DNA of 63,803 bases, counting the filler, from Folioceros fuciformis (lineage: Eukaryota), in NCBI GenBank assembly GCA_049999805.1. It is 5 parts of 4 records of this genome, joined end to end, with 100 filler letters (N's around TTAATTAATTAA, not from the genome) between each part and the next. Parts side by side here need not be neighbours in the genome. Positions count along the whole stretch, not along the records: positions 40,775 to 59,228 come from JBNGIO010006142.1; positions 59,329 to 62,540 come from JBNGIO010006157.1; 3 more parts are not named here. The stretch is one strand, 5' to 3'. Position 1 is the first letter of the stretch. Each line of letters starts with the position of its first letter. The notes beneath the pieces were generated by a model. It was not told the origin of the DNA. It did no database searches and saw nothing but the letters and a program-made list of their open reading frames with translations. This document shows positions 49,504-60,844 of this stretch, in pieces. Position numbers and translations under genes: made by a program.

Positions 49504-52371
49504 ATGGTCGCCTGGCGCGTTGCACTGCAGTCACACTGCGGGCGACAGGGACTCTTGTGGCAACAGATTTTCTGGACCCAAGGAGGAAAGCTTGGTGGGA
49601 ATATGGGACTGAATTCACTGGTTGTACACAGGGGTCGTCCTGGTACATCCAACTGGAGAGTAGCAAAGCTTTGTAATCCCTTGGTCCGTGGAGGACACCA
49701 ATGCAGCGTGACAGCTGAAACTGTGACCCAACTCTTCCATCAGGGGCACTTCAGCGAGGCTGTTGAGGCTCTCGGGGTGCTGGTGCAAAAGGACTGTCGG
49801 ATTGCTCGCTCCCTCTTGTATACTGTGCTCAGAAAGTTTATGTTCCAGAGGGGTGTGGGTCAGGGTATGTTGCAGAGAGGTCTGGTTCTGGGTCGCCGTG
49901 TGCATGCTCTCGTTGTGCAAAAGGGGTCTGAGTCGGACACTTTCTTGTGCAACCAGATTCTGCGCATGTATGCTTCTCATGGCAGGTTGCAGGAAGCGAT
50001 GGACGTGTTTTCCGTCGTTGCTGCACCAGATGCCTTCGTATGGTCTACCATAATCTCTGCCCATGTCAACCATGGGCAAGCTGGGCATGCCGTGCAGTTG
50101 TATCATCAGATGCGCAGGTCGCGTGTGAAGCCAGATGGTCATGTCTTTGTAGCAGCTCTTCAGGCTTGTGCGAGGGGAGCAGACCTGAAAGCTGGCCAGG
50201 TGGTGCATGCTGATGTGCTGGCCGCAGGGGCTGAGCTTGATTTGTTTGTTTGTAATTGCCTAGTGGACATGTATGCAAAATGTGGGAGCCTGGAAGACGC
50301 TCAAAAAGTGTTTGATGGACTTGGTCAAAAGGATGTGGTGACCTGGACTGCTTTGATAGCAGGATACTCCCAGCAGGGCATGGGGCAGGAGGCCCTTGAT
50401 GTTTACAGTGCTATGGAAGAAGAAGGAGTTGCCGCACCCAACGCCATGACTTTCGCGTCTCTCCTGCAGGCGTGTGCAAGTGTGGGTCCCTGTGCTTTGG
50501 AGAAGGGGAAGCAGCTTCATGCACAAATTAGGAAACGAGGACTTGAAGCCGATATGTTTGTGGACAACGGTCTGGTGAACATGTATGCAAAGTGTGGCAG
50601 CCTGGAAGACGCTCAAGCAGTGTTTGACCGACTGAGACAAAAAGATGTTGTGACATGGACCGCTCTGATAGCAGGATATGCTCAGAAGGGCATGAGTCAA
50701 GAGGCCCTTCATCTTTACACTGCCATGCAACAAGAAGCTGTTGCTGTGCCCAATGCCGTCACTTTTGCATCTCTCTTGCAGGCCTGTGCAAGTGTGGGTG
50801 CCCTCGCTTTGGAGACGGGGAAACAGCTTCATGCACAGATTGATGAACGAGGACTTAAGAATGATGTTATAGATTGCAGCCTGGTGAACATGTATGTAAA
50901 GTGTGGCAGCATGGTAAATGCTCAGGGTGTGTTTGACGACCTTGATAGAAAAGACGTCGTCACATGCACCAATCTCATAGCAGGATATGCAAAATGTGGC
51001 AGCTTGGAAGAGGCACGGAGGTTGTTCGACGGGCTTCCTCAGAAAGATGTCGTGGCGTGGAATGCTATGATTGCAGGATATTCCCGGAAAGGCATGGCGC
51101 AAGAAGCCCTTCGTCTTTACACCGCCATGCAAGATGAAGGGATTGCTGTGACATGTGCGCCCAATGCTGTGACATTTGTGGCTCTCCTGCAGGCGTGTGC
51201 AGGCGGCGGCCCCCTGGATTTAGAGAAAGGGAAGCAGCTTCATGGAGCCATTAAAGAACAAGGACTGGAAGCTGATGTGTTTGTAGCCAACAGCGTTGTA
51301 GACATGTATGTAAGATGTGGCAGCCTGGAAGAAGCTCAGAACATTTTTGACGGGCTTCCTCAGAAAGATGTGGTAACGTGGAATGCTATGATCTCAGGAT
51401 ATGTTCAGAAGGGAATGGGTCAGGAAGCCCTGCGTCTCTATGGGGCTATGCAAGCAGAGTGCATCGTTGCACCAGACACAGTGACATTTGTCTGCCTCCT
51501 GCAGGCATGTGCAAGTGTGGGAGCTATGCATCTGGGAAGGCAGCTTCATGCGAACATTGAAGAACATGGGCTTGGAGGTGATGTTCTTGTAGCCGTCAGT
51601 TTGATAGACATGTATGCAAAGTCCGGGAGCATGGTCCATGCACAGCAGGTGTTTGAAGCATTGCCCGAAAGGGACGTCGTCGCCTGGAATGCACTGATTG
51701 CAGGATACACCCGTCAAGGGGACAGTGATGTGGTGTTTGACTTACTTTTGAGAATGGAGGAAGAAGGTATTCAGCCATCTGGCGTCACATTCCTCGGGGT
51801 GCTAACAGTATGCAGTCACACCGGTCTAGTGAGAGAAGGGCGAGAGTATTTTGATGCTATGAGCAAATATTACGGCATGATCCCCAGTGTGGAGCACTTC
51901 ACGTGCATGGTGGATCTCCTGGGTCGGGCTGGACAACTAGAGGAGGCATTAGCTCTTGTGAGGACAATGCCTGTACAGCGTGATGCTGCAGTCTGGCATG
52001 CTCTATTAGGTGCCTGTCAGAAGTGGAGTGACGTGGAGTTGGGACGACATGCCTTCATTGAAGCAGTGAAACTAGACAAAACAAATTCTGCACCATATGT
52101 ACTGATGTCAAATATATGCTCTAGTGCCAACCTGTGGGAGCAGGCAGAGCAGATGCAAGCCAAGAGAACAGGAACGAGGGCGTGGAAGCAGCCAGGACAG
52201 AGCTGGTGGACCGACATGGATGGGCTGGTGCATAGTTTTTTGGTTGGGGAGAAAAGTTGTCTCGAGAGAGACAAGAACGCAGCTTTTTTCCAAGAAGGAA
52301 ACGCAAGTGGTGTAGCCGCTGCTCTATGTGCTATAGCATCAGGGCTAGTCGTTGGGGAATGTATTCGATGA
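49504..52371 (+). CDS. PLS-class PPR protein, tandem paralog (fewer triplets, one SS motif, E1-E2, truncated DYW)
   Basis: Same motif set as the upstream PPR, ending KQPGQSWWTDMDGLVHSFLVGE. First in-frame ATG at 49504; alternative at 49603. Confidence 0.95.
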   Translation: MVAWRVALQSHCGRQGLLWQQIFWTQGGKLGGNMGLNSLVVHRGRPGTSNWRVAKLCNPLVRGGHQCSVTAETVTQLFHQGHFSEAVEALGVLVQKDCRIARSLLYTVLRKFMFQRGVGQGMLQRGLVLGRRVHALVVQKGSESDTFLCNQILRMYASHGRLQEAMDVFSVVAAPDAFVWSTIISAHVNHGQAGHAVQLYHQMRRSRVKPDGHVFVAALQACARGADLKAGQVVHADVLAAGAELDLFVCNCLVDMYAKCGSLEDAQKVFDGLGQKDVVTWTALIAGYSQQGMGQEALDVYSAMEEEGVAAPNAMTFASLLQACASVGPCALEKGKQLHAQIRKRGLEADMFVDNGLVNMYAKCGSLEDAQAVFDRLRQKDVVTWTALIAGYAQKGMSQEALHLYTAMQQEAVAVPNAVTFASLLQACASVGALALETGKQLHAQIDERGLKNDVIDCSLVNMYVKCGSMVNAQGVFDDLDRKDVVTCTNLIAGYAKCGSLEEARRLFDGLPQKDVVAWNAMIAGYSRKGMAQEALRLYTAMQDEGIAVTCAPNAVTFVALLQACAGGGPLDLEKGKQLHGAIKEQGLEADVFVANSVVDMYVRCGSLEEAQNIFDGLPQKDVVTWNAMISGYVQKGMGQEALRLYGAMQAECIVAPDTVTFVCLLQACASVGAMHLGRQLHANIEEHGLGGDVLVAVSLIDMYAKSGSMVHAQQVFEALPERDVVAWNALIAGYTRQGDSDVVFDLLLRMEEEGIQPSGVTFLGVLTVCSHTGLVREGREYFDAMSKYYGMIPSVEHFTCMVDLLGRAGQLEEALALVRTMPVQRDAAVWHALLGACQKWSDVELGRHAFIEAVKLDKTNSAPYVLMSNICSSANLWEQAEQMQAKRTGTRAWKQPGQSWWTDMDGLVHSFLVGEKSCLERDKNAAFFQEGNASGVAAALCAIASGLVVGECIR

Positions 52372-52693
52372 GGAGATGAGCGCTTTTTCCAGTAGGTACT
52401 GGAGAAACCTAGTCGTCTCGGACATCCTTCAGTGATTGTACCACTCGTTGCAAAGTGAGTAGTGAACGGCGCAAACGTGCATATATGGTACCAATGACGT
52501 CTGGAATGCACCTCAGATTTTCACGTACAAAACAAAACAATTTCATATAATATAATCCAATTCCTGTATGGCAGCTTGGGACAGGACCTCGAAGGTCCTC
52601 GTGTACAAGTCGTATTTTGACTTTCAAGTTCAAGAGAGGCCAAAGAAGCAGACATCCGTCCCATTCCTGCACTGTTCAAGTAGCATGTAGCAC

Positions 52694-54328
52694 TTACACC
52701 CGCACAACTGGAGAGGCTGACGGAGAGCGCAGGGGAAGGCTACCTTCCCTGGAACGAGGAACACTTCCCTCCCTCAATGGAAGGCTTCCTTCTATGGCCC
52801 TAACGGCATTCCGATAAATCCTGGGAGTGCCCGGGGTTGTGCATGCCCTGTAACTAGCCCTTAAGCCAGCATCCACACTGGCACTACTCTTGGCCATCGC
52901 CTTGCTGACAAACTTCTGGGCTGCGGCTGATAAACTTCCCATGGCCGGACTGGCAGAACCCCTCAACGGTGAGGGAGCCGGGCTATAATGCTGGGAGTGC
53001 CTGTACTTCTCTCTCAAGTTCCGGGCGGCATCCCTAGACAGACTTTGGGCCCTAGCATCCCGTGTGGGAGGAGCAGGGATCTTGAAATGAGGCCCGTCCC
53101 CGTTGCCCCCAATCCCAACTGGTGTGTCCTCCGTCTCCAACCTTAAAGGAGTCCCCTCTATCTCCCCCCATGTGAGGAACGGAGATTCCTCAACACCAGG
53201 GGCTGGTGAGGGTGTTGCAACATAACTATACCCAGCACTACCTACCTTCACATTAGCCTTGCTCTCAGCCAACGCAACGAGGTCCCGGTCGATCGGAGTC
53301 TTCCGGAGCTCCTCCAGGTCATAACGCTTCCTTGCTCTATCCGCATCAAATGGCCACGCCGCAGGAGTAGAACCTGGGACGGGCGTGTACAAGATAGCCA
53401 CAGTGTCCTCCTCCCTCACCTTGGAATCGAACATCTTTCCATGAAACCTAGTGTTCTTCAGATTGATGGCCTTGGGCGGCCCGTTCAACTTTTCCTGCTG
53501 CTCCTTCTCCGTCAAAGGAGCATCATCCCTCTCCGCGGAATCATACATCAACAAATTCTTCGCCCTATAGTTCCAGGTCTCCAATGTGCTAGTCGGCTGT
53601 CCCGACGTGCCATACCCGTCTGTCACCCTATCACCCGCTGCTTCAATCCTCAGATTAGTATTAACCACATCCTTGTCCCTCAAAAACCCGTACTTCTCCC
53701 GCCGTTGCTTGTTCACCTTCTCAACAATCTTCCCGAAGCTCGCATTGTCCTCACTCGTATGCCGTTTAAAAAACTCATCCAGCGACAAAGACGTATCCAA
53801 GCCACCAACATCATTCCCAGGGGCAGCCGCTGCCGCCTCCGAAAACACCTGCGACGGCGCTGGCGACGCCCTCACCGCCGGGCTGTGCATGCCAGACAAG
53901 AAGGAAGCCGGGCTGGAAAACCCTACCGCTCCTGCCGCCGGCGTTCTTTCTCTATCCTGTCCCGCGACTCCCAACCTCTCCCTCTCCCGCTCCCTCCGCC
54001 TCTGCACTATTCTCATCTGCGCACCCCGTATGAGGACAGGGTCGCCGCTCCTAGTGGCCTCCAACCACATCAATCTGTCGTGCAGCTTAGGGATGTCCGG
54101 GAAGAAATCCCTCTCGATGATCTTCTCCATCGCCGCCACATAAGTGTCCTCATCTACAACCTGCGCGTGCTTCCTCTTCTTAGCAGGAGGGGGCCCCATG
54201 TCCCCCTTCCTGGATGATGAGACCGCCACCAGCGCCAATCCATTGATGTCCGCTGCTGCTTCAGATGCCACGGAAGGAGAAGGTGGCGGCAAGATGTGGC
54301 GCGGGGAGTGCCCCGGTGAGGCCAACAT
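52694..54328 (-). CDS. ESS2: Splicing factor ESS2/DGCR14 homolog, intronless, 544 aa
   Basis: DEDTYVAAMEKIIERDFFPDI, LDEFFKRHTSEDNASF, KNLLMY, NTRF, YVATPSPAPG..ESPFLTWGEIEGTPLRL, FKIP. Confidence 0.93.
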   Translation of the reverse strand: MLASPGHSPRHILPPPSPSVASEAAADINGLALVAVSSSRKGDMGPPPAKKRKHAQVVDEDTYVAAMEKIIERDFFPDIPKLHDRLMWLEATRSGDPVLIRGAQMRIVQRRRERERERLGVAGQDRERTPAAGAVGFSSPASFLSGMHSPAVRASPAPSQVFSEAAAAAPGNDVGGLDTSLSLDEFFKRHTSEDNASFGKIVEKVNKQRREKYGFLRDKDVVNTNLRIEAAGDRVTDGYGTSGQPTSTLETWNYRAKNLLMYDSAERDDAPLTEKEQQEKLNGPPKAINLKNTRFHGKMFDSKVREEDTVAILYTPVPGSTPAAWPFDADRARKRYDLEELRKTPIDRDLVALAESKANVKVGSAGYSYVATPSPAPGVEESPFLTWGEIEGTPLRLETEDTPVGIGGNGDGPHFKIPAPPTRDARAQSLSRDAARNLREKYRHSQHYSPAPSPLRGSASPAMGSLSAAAQKFVSKAMAKSSASVDAGLRASYRACTTPGTPRIYRNAVRAIEGSLPLREGSVPRSREGSLPLRSPSASPVVRV

Positions 54329-54922
54329 AGCTGCTCCGCAACCGACACCAGAGGATCAGAGGCGAGACCGGTTGCAGACCCCGCAGCGCCCTAATGAGGA
54401 TCCAACCTGCCACACCAAGCCTTCTTCTGTAGGCTGGAAGTATGTACCGTATTATGAGATCCAGGAACTCCGAGGAAGCAGCTGATTGGAAAGCACCGGA
54501 CAAATCCCGCTTCAGGTACTATTTAAGAAGACAAATCCCCACATACATATATAGTCCTCTCTAACTTTGTGATATTAATAGCTCTGGTCTGGAATTTTAT
54601 TTTAGTATAGAAAAAAGAAGAAAATTAATAATACCATTATGACACTTCTCTTAAGGTTCCCATCTAGATCTGAGCACAGAATGTCCTTCCAGGGATCTGA
54701 TGCATTTCTTGCTCGTGGGTTGTGATGAACTTCGCATCCCAGTCCCCAGCCGGAAACAAGGTTTTACGAAATTGTTGCCCCCCTAAGCGGGAGGCCAGCC
54801 ACTCGTTCAAAATGAGCTCAAGGTACATGGAAAGTGGTATGGTGGAGAAGGATACAGGGGGGCCATACAACTGGTGTGTCCTTTATGTACAGGGCACTGT
54901 TCCACAGTGCTGAAAGGGAGCC

Positions 54923-56528
54923 TCACTTGGAAGGGGCAGCAACGTTGAGTTTGGTGAAAACTGGAGCGGAAGATGATGGCTGTTGAATCTCGTAGCTGTC
55001 GTATCTCTGGAAAAACTCTGCCACGAAGAGCTGGGAGGTGGTAATGACGAAGCTCTTCCCTCCACACTGCTTGTTGGGAATGGTAGGCGAGGAAGTCTCG
55101 GGCCCGTTGGACCAGAGCACATACGGCAGCAGCTTCTGCCCTTCCTCACCTAGGAATCTCCTGGGCTTGAACGTGTTAGGGTCATCGAAGACCTTGGGAT
55201 CCCTGCAGGCATTAGGCTGAGCTCCTCCCAGGACCTCTCCCTTCTTCACCTGGAAGGAGGCGTCGTAGGTCTCCAACACTAAGTCCTTCTTCGCTCTCGC
55301 GTACTGGTAGGGCACGGGAGGCGAAAAGCGCAGAACCTCGTACACCACAGACAAAACCAGGGGCATGTCGGCTAGAGCCTTGGGGTTGAGCCCGCCGTTG
55401 GCCTGCACCGCGGCCCGGACCTCGTCTGCCAGTGCCTTCTGGAGCTCTAATCCCTCGTCCCCGACGTACCGGATGATGTCGGGGAAGACGAAGTTGAAGC
55501 CGCCATGGGCATTGAAGCAGATGAAGAACAAGAGGTTGTGGAGCGCGTCCTCCCGCTCCAACCCGTGCTTGCTGACCGCCAGATCCAGCATGTCGGTGGC
55601 GTAGGTGTCGAGGAACTTGACGATTTTGTTGTACCCGGGCTGGGCAGGGAAGGTCGGCAGGGGGAAGCTGTGGAGGAAGAGCTCGTCGATGATGTGCGGG
55701 AGGCCTGTTGCCGCCAGGGGAAGGAGGTGGAGCGCGATCCAGATGGTGAGGTTCGACGCCCCAGATGCCCCAAGAGTGTTGTCCCCGGGCCCGACCGGAT
55801 CGTGCCTGGCAATGGAGCGCATGAGAAAATCGAAGGTGAACTGGGAGCACTGCGGTTTGAAGTCCACTTTGCCGTCCTTCGCCAGCCCCGCCTCCCACAC
55901 AGCGTACGCCCCCCCGATGGCCTTGTTGAACTCCGGGAAGAATCTGGTGCCGTTCTCCTTGAGGATGTCGAAGCAGAAGCCCTTGAGCTTGGTGTGGCGC
56001 TCCTCGGAGGGATCCAGGTAGGAAAGGACTCGGTAGCCGCCTGTGAGGCTCAAGCTGGGGACGAAGGTGCCGACGAAGAGATCCGTCTTGTCCACCTTGT
56101 CCATGTCGTAAAGAACGGGGAAGGATTTCTGGTCACACAGCATGATGACTCGGGAGTCGGTGAAGCCCGGAGGGATGTTGGTCCGGAACACCGTCCCGTA
56201 CTTGTCGATGCGGCTCTGGAAGAACTTGTCCCTCCCCTGGAACCAGAAGTAGTCCAGCCTGTCCGACAGCTTTCCGAAGAAAGGCAGGCCATAGCTCCCC
56301 GGAATCTCCTTCAACGGCAGGCCGGAAGCACTTTGTTTCTGCAAACTGATGTCCTCTTCCGAGGTGGTGACCGCTTGCGTCCCAGATCTCCTCCTCTGTG
56401 CCAAGCCTGCCATAGCTGGAGCCGGTCTGAAGCTGGGTAACGGTTGCCCCTTGAAGCTGCTGTGCTGCGCTCTGGCGCAGTAACCCGCCTTCGCTCTCGG
56501 TACCGTCAAGGAGTAGGAAGCCTGTGCA
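54923..56528 (-). CDS. CYP74: CYP74-family cytochrome P450 (allene oxide synthase-like); 5' end probably in the gap
   Basis: IPGSYGLP, DRLDYFWFQG, GGYRVLSYLDPSE, I-helix FNAHGG, EVLRFSPPVP.QY.RA, WSNGPET, heme NKQCGGK. The frame stays open through a transit-peptide-like stretch into the N gap. Confidence 0.95.
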
Positions 56529-58140
56529 NNNNNNNNNNNNNNNNNNNNNNNNNNNNNNNNNNNNNNNNNNNNNNNNNNNNNNNNNNNNNNNNNNNNNNNN
56601 NNNNNNNNNNNNNNNNNNNNNNNNNNNNTGCAAGGGACATTGTGCTCACGCCTCTGGTTCCTGGCCCTTTTCTTCTTCTCCTCCTAAGCGCCTGGTCAAA
56701 GCGAAGGGAGGGCAAGCACCGAGGACGAGTTTTGGTCAGAACAGAAGGGGGCAGGAAAGCATTGCCGGCACGGGAATGCGACGAAAGCCGGTGACAGCCC
56801 GAAACGTGTGCTGGTGCATTATTGAGCCATGATTATCTCAAGCTCTGCTCAAACCGCGCCTTGTAAGACCCGGAACTCGGTTGCTCCCTCACTTTCCTTC
56901 CCGTACTTCCACACATTTGTGTGCATGTGTACTGGGTGCAGTGCAGACAGGGAAGGTGCCCCGAACTCTACTGAAAGATCAAGCTTTCCTCCACGCAATA
57001 CAGCCCTGCTTAGCGACGGGGTAGACCTCTGGGATGCATACCGTGTCCGTACGTGGGAAATCTGGTCTTGCCGCGAGAAACCTTGGTTGATTGCTCGTCC
57101 TGGCGCAGTGTAATCCAAATGGAGTTGGGAGTACCGCCGCCCTCAGGGAGCTCACTGGCTTGCAGGGATGAGAGGATATCGGGAACCAACTAGGAGTGGG
57201 GCCAATTTTCAATTCCTATATCCTGTTGTGGATTCGTCCCTCCAGGAAGAAGCAGGGTAACAGGGAGGATTCCAACACCGCGCTAACGGCCACGGTCCAT
57301 TCCATCTGTGCGCAAGGGCATATAGTACGCGCCCATGCAGTGGGACCGCCCATGGAAAAGGTTCTTCATTAAGGAATCTTGGGGTGGGCCACTAAACGAG
57401 GTCCTTCACTGTTTAACAATTTTGGGAAGGGCAATGGAGGTAAGACTCGAGGAGAAGGTTTTCATAGTACAAGAGCCTTGGGTTGCTACACCAGTAACAT
57501 GGACTACTAGCTATGTAGAACCTGACAATGCACAGGGCGGACGTATTGTGACGCGTTGCGATCCGTTGTCGGCAAGCCTGGTGCGCATGGACTTACTGTG
57601 GGATTGTCCGACATGAGATTGTGGACGCGAGCAGATTGCGGTGACGGTCTTCGGCTCCTCTCCCGCATGGTGTGCCTGTGTGGAGGGGCGTCCCTTGCCT
57701 GTACAGTTGCGCACATGGGGTATTCCGTCACATGTTTTCATGTTCGTGGATTCCACGAGTAAACCAAGCATCCAAGAGTTTCGCAAAACAGAGTAAGTCG
57801 CTTGGTTATTACGAGAAAGGAGAAGAAAGCCCGCGTGGTTGCACATCAAACGCTTTGTGAGGAGCAAATGAAAGTAAGTGTCTCAGCGTCCACGGGCTTG
57901 TGGCTGGGATTCGGGCTAGTCCACCGGTCCTAGGCATTCTTCGAGGACGCCGGGACCTGTTGGCGCAGAGGAGCACTTACGGTCACCGTTCACCACACTC
58001 CTGATGACTGCGAAACGAAGAAGGGCGAACTACGAATGGTGGACGTTTGTACCTGGAGTAAGTCGCATAGCTCCTCGACTGCAGAGAGGGACGTTCACTC
58101 TTTAATAGTGAACGTTAGTTGTTCCCCCCTTCGTGGTGGC

Positions 58141-58253
58141 AGCAGCACCAACACCAGGCACCAGCACCAGCATCAGGCACCAGCACCAGCACCAGCATCA
58201 GGCACCAGCACCAGGCCCCAGCACCAGCATCAGGCACCAAAACCAGCACCAGC
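58141..58253. repeat. Imperfect (CAGCAC)n microsatellite downstream of the GRAS stop
   Basis: CACCAGCACCAGCATCAGG units repeated. Confidence 0.85.
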
Positions 58254-58300
58254 AAGATGAATGCTTGGAAAGGAAAACCCTGAAGATGACACTCCAATTA

Positions 58301-59228
58301 CTATCGAGCAGGCGTCCATGCTGCGTAGCCGTGCTGGATCCTGCCCCTCCAACCCGACAGGATCCATCCCTGGTTCTGACCAATGGTCCAGTCCGTGTGG
58401 TAGTCCCTCAGAATTTCCTTGGTCCCCGAGAACCTGCTGGCCGTGACAGGCAGCTGGTCGAACCCGGCTTTCAACAGCCTCCAGTGCCACTGCTGGTACG
58501 CCTCCGGCCTTTCTCTTCTATCCATGCCCTCGCAGGCAATGAGGTTGAGGATCTCCCTTCCCAGCAGCTCCCTCTCGATGATAAGCCTGTCGGCGCTGTC
58601 CCGCGCGGTGGTGCAGTCGAAAGCCGAGAAGTAGCACTCCAGATACGGGATGGCTTCCTGCAACCTTGTCATCATGAAGGGAGCGTTGGCAGCCAGGCTT
58701 ACCACCGCAGTGATGAAAACCCTAGGACTCATGTCACAAATCCTCTCCAACACCGTCCTCCTGGGATTGGCCAACACCACGCTGTCGTCCAGCAAGTGCC
58801 GCAGCCGGAACACGCAGGACACGGCTAGCACCTCCTCCTCCCGCAATCCCAGGTCCGCGATCTGCACGTCCTCCCACTTGCAAGAGAACGCCTTGAACTC
58901 GAACGGCAGGCCGAGCTTGGCCGCAAACCTCGCCAGCCGCCTTCCAGCCAACTTCACCATCCCGTCCGAGTTGAGCCCGGGCTGCGGGAACTCGATACCA
59001 GTGATCCGCAGATGCGGAGGTCCCCCGGGCCGATCAACCAGCAGCTGCATCAGGCCCGGCCACTGGTGCCCGTTCTGGATGCCGTAGTCCACAATGTGCA
59101 CGCGGTCCGCGCCCTGGAACGTCTCCATTAGCACGTCATTGCAGAAATGGTGCGCCATGGCCAGCGTCGGGTCCGTGGACCAGTAAAATTTGAAGGCTCG
59201 CGTAGTGTCCAGCACGGAGGGCTTGTCC
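58301..59228 (-). CDS. GRAS transcription factor (LISCL/SCL14-like), 5'-partial
   Basis: VHIVDYGI..G.QWP, PPHLRITGIEFPQPG, IACEG.DRRERPE.YQQW, C-terminal GWRGR...AAW. Truncated by the gap. Confidence 0.93.
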
Positions 59229-60676
59229 NNNNNNNNNNNNNNNNNNNNNNNNNNNNNNNNNNNNNNNNNNNNTTAATTAATTAANNNNNNNNNNNNNNNN
59301 NNNNNNNNNNNNNNNNNNNNNNNNNNNNTGGGCAAGCGGGACAAAGTGGATCTAAGGGGGGTTGGGCTATCTTCCTGGCTAGCTGTCTTAGCTAGGCGAA
59401 TGCTCGGCCGTGAGCTACCGAGATGAGCCGTGATGGCTAGCCGAACAAGGGGGTTGCTGGTTGGAGATGGCGGTGAGGAGTTGGCGGTGAGGAGTCTGGT
59501 CAGCAACCCAGCCCGTTCCAAGTGCAAGCGAGGAGTAGGCGGCCTACAGGCTGGTCGCCTGGCCAGATCTAGGCAAAGGCAGGCTGGCCAGTCAAGTCTG
59601 GTCGGCTGGCCAGCTAGCTGAATCAGGAAAACGGCAGGCGACTCGGCAACCAGGCGAGCTGACTGGATCCAGTCCCGATTAGCCGGAGACTGAGCAGCTG
59701 GGATAGTTGCAGTTTGGCTGGAAGCAGGGCTAGGGGAGTCACGGCGTGATGGCTGAATCCAGACGATGGCTGAGGATAAGCGGTTGGATCCGAGAGCACC
59801 AGGTGCGGACGGACTTGCACTTAGTGCACTGCAAACCAAGGATAGTGGCTTGTCCCAAATCCCGGTCAAACCAGGTGCAGTGCAGATCAACTAACCCCAT
59901 CGACGATTCTGTATGGTCGTTCCTTCAAGTTGGACAGAATGGTCTCGACCGGATCTAGCAGCCGAAGACTGGCCAAATGGCTGGTTGGATAGCCGGTAGG
60001 CCTAATAGCCCATAGGCGGCTGCCTAGGGGAAAGACAAGGGAGTGTCCCGAGGGACACTCCAAGGATGACAGCCTGACACTGGAACACTGGTTGTAGACT
60101 ACTGCCAGGGAATTTTAGGGCGTAGGCTGCCCCACCCAGGCATCGAAGGCACCATGCCAGCCAGGGGCCGTAATTTGCATACGGCTTGCCATCCGCGGTT
60201 AGATGGTTGGAACTGACTCGCTACCGCAGGCGGAGGGCCGGATGCTACTTGCGGCGATGATGGATGGTGTGTGCCATGCCAGGACGCGACGCCCTGGGCT
60301 ATCCGCTCAAGGGCATCAGTCCAGCAGCTTGGAGGGTGGTCCGCTAAGGACATAAGTGACACTCGGCTTTCCATCCATGAGTAGCAACCCTGGTTGCTTG
60401 TAGGCCGAAGGCCTAGCCTAGGGCCAGGAATCTTGGCCAGCCGTAGCCAGGAGGGAAGGACCTGAAGGTGGGAGACTCTGGGGAAGGAGGCAGGGTAATC
60501 AGAAGAGGGGAGATGATCTAACCCAAGAGGGAAGAAGGGGGAAAGAGAAGCACCCCTGATGTGTGGTAATTGTGAGGGGTTGATGATTTTGGGGATTTTG
60601 ATGAAAGGGCAGCTAACGGTGTCAAGGGGCAATTAGAAGCAGGGGTAGGTTAAAGTTAGGGTTCTTGGTTGGGATT

Positions 60677-60844
60677 AGGTCTAGGTCAGGCCTAGATTAG
60701 GTTTAGGTCAAACCTAGGTGAGGTTTAGGTCAGACCTAGGTCAGGCTGAGGTCATACCTAGGTCAGGTTTAGGTCAGACCTAGGTAAGGTTTATGTCAGA
60801 CCTAGGTTAGGGTTAGGTCAGACCTAGGTTAGGTTTAGGTCAGA
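60677..60844. repeat. 22-bp tandem repeat (GTTTAGGTCAGACCTAGGTCAG), about 7 copies
   Basis: Directly visible, with 11-bp sub-periodicity. Confidence 0.88.

Noticed and set aside
53441..56440. Long antisense ORFs over ESS2 and CYP74 (also over the PPR, PI-PLC and GRAS genes)
   Set aside because: Shadow frames caused by GC3 bias and repeats in the real genes
23595..56528. Oxylipin biosynthetic cluster linking LRAT, PI-PLC and CYP74
   Set aside because: It spans an assembly gap, is interleaved with unrelated genes, and has no lipoxygenase or AOC
58133..58297. His-Gln or Ala-Pro repeat peptides
   Set aside because: Translations of a hexamer microsatellite downstream of the GRAS stop codon
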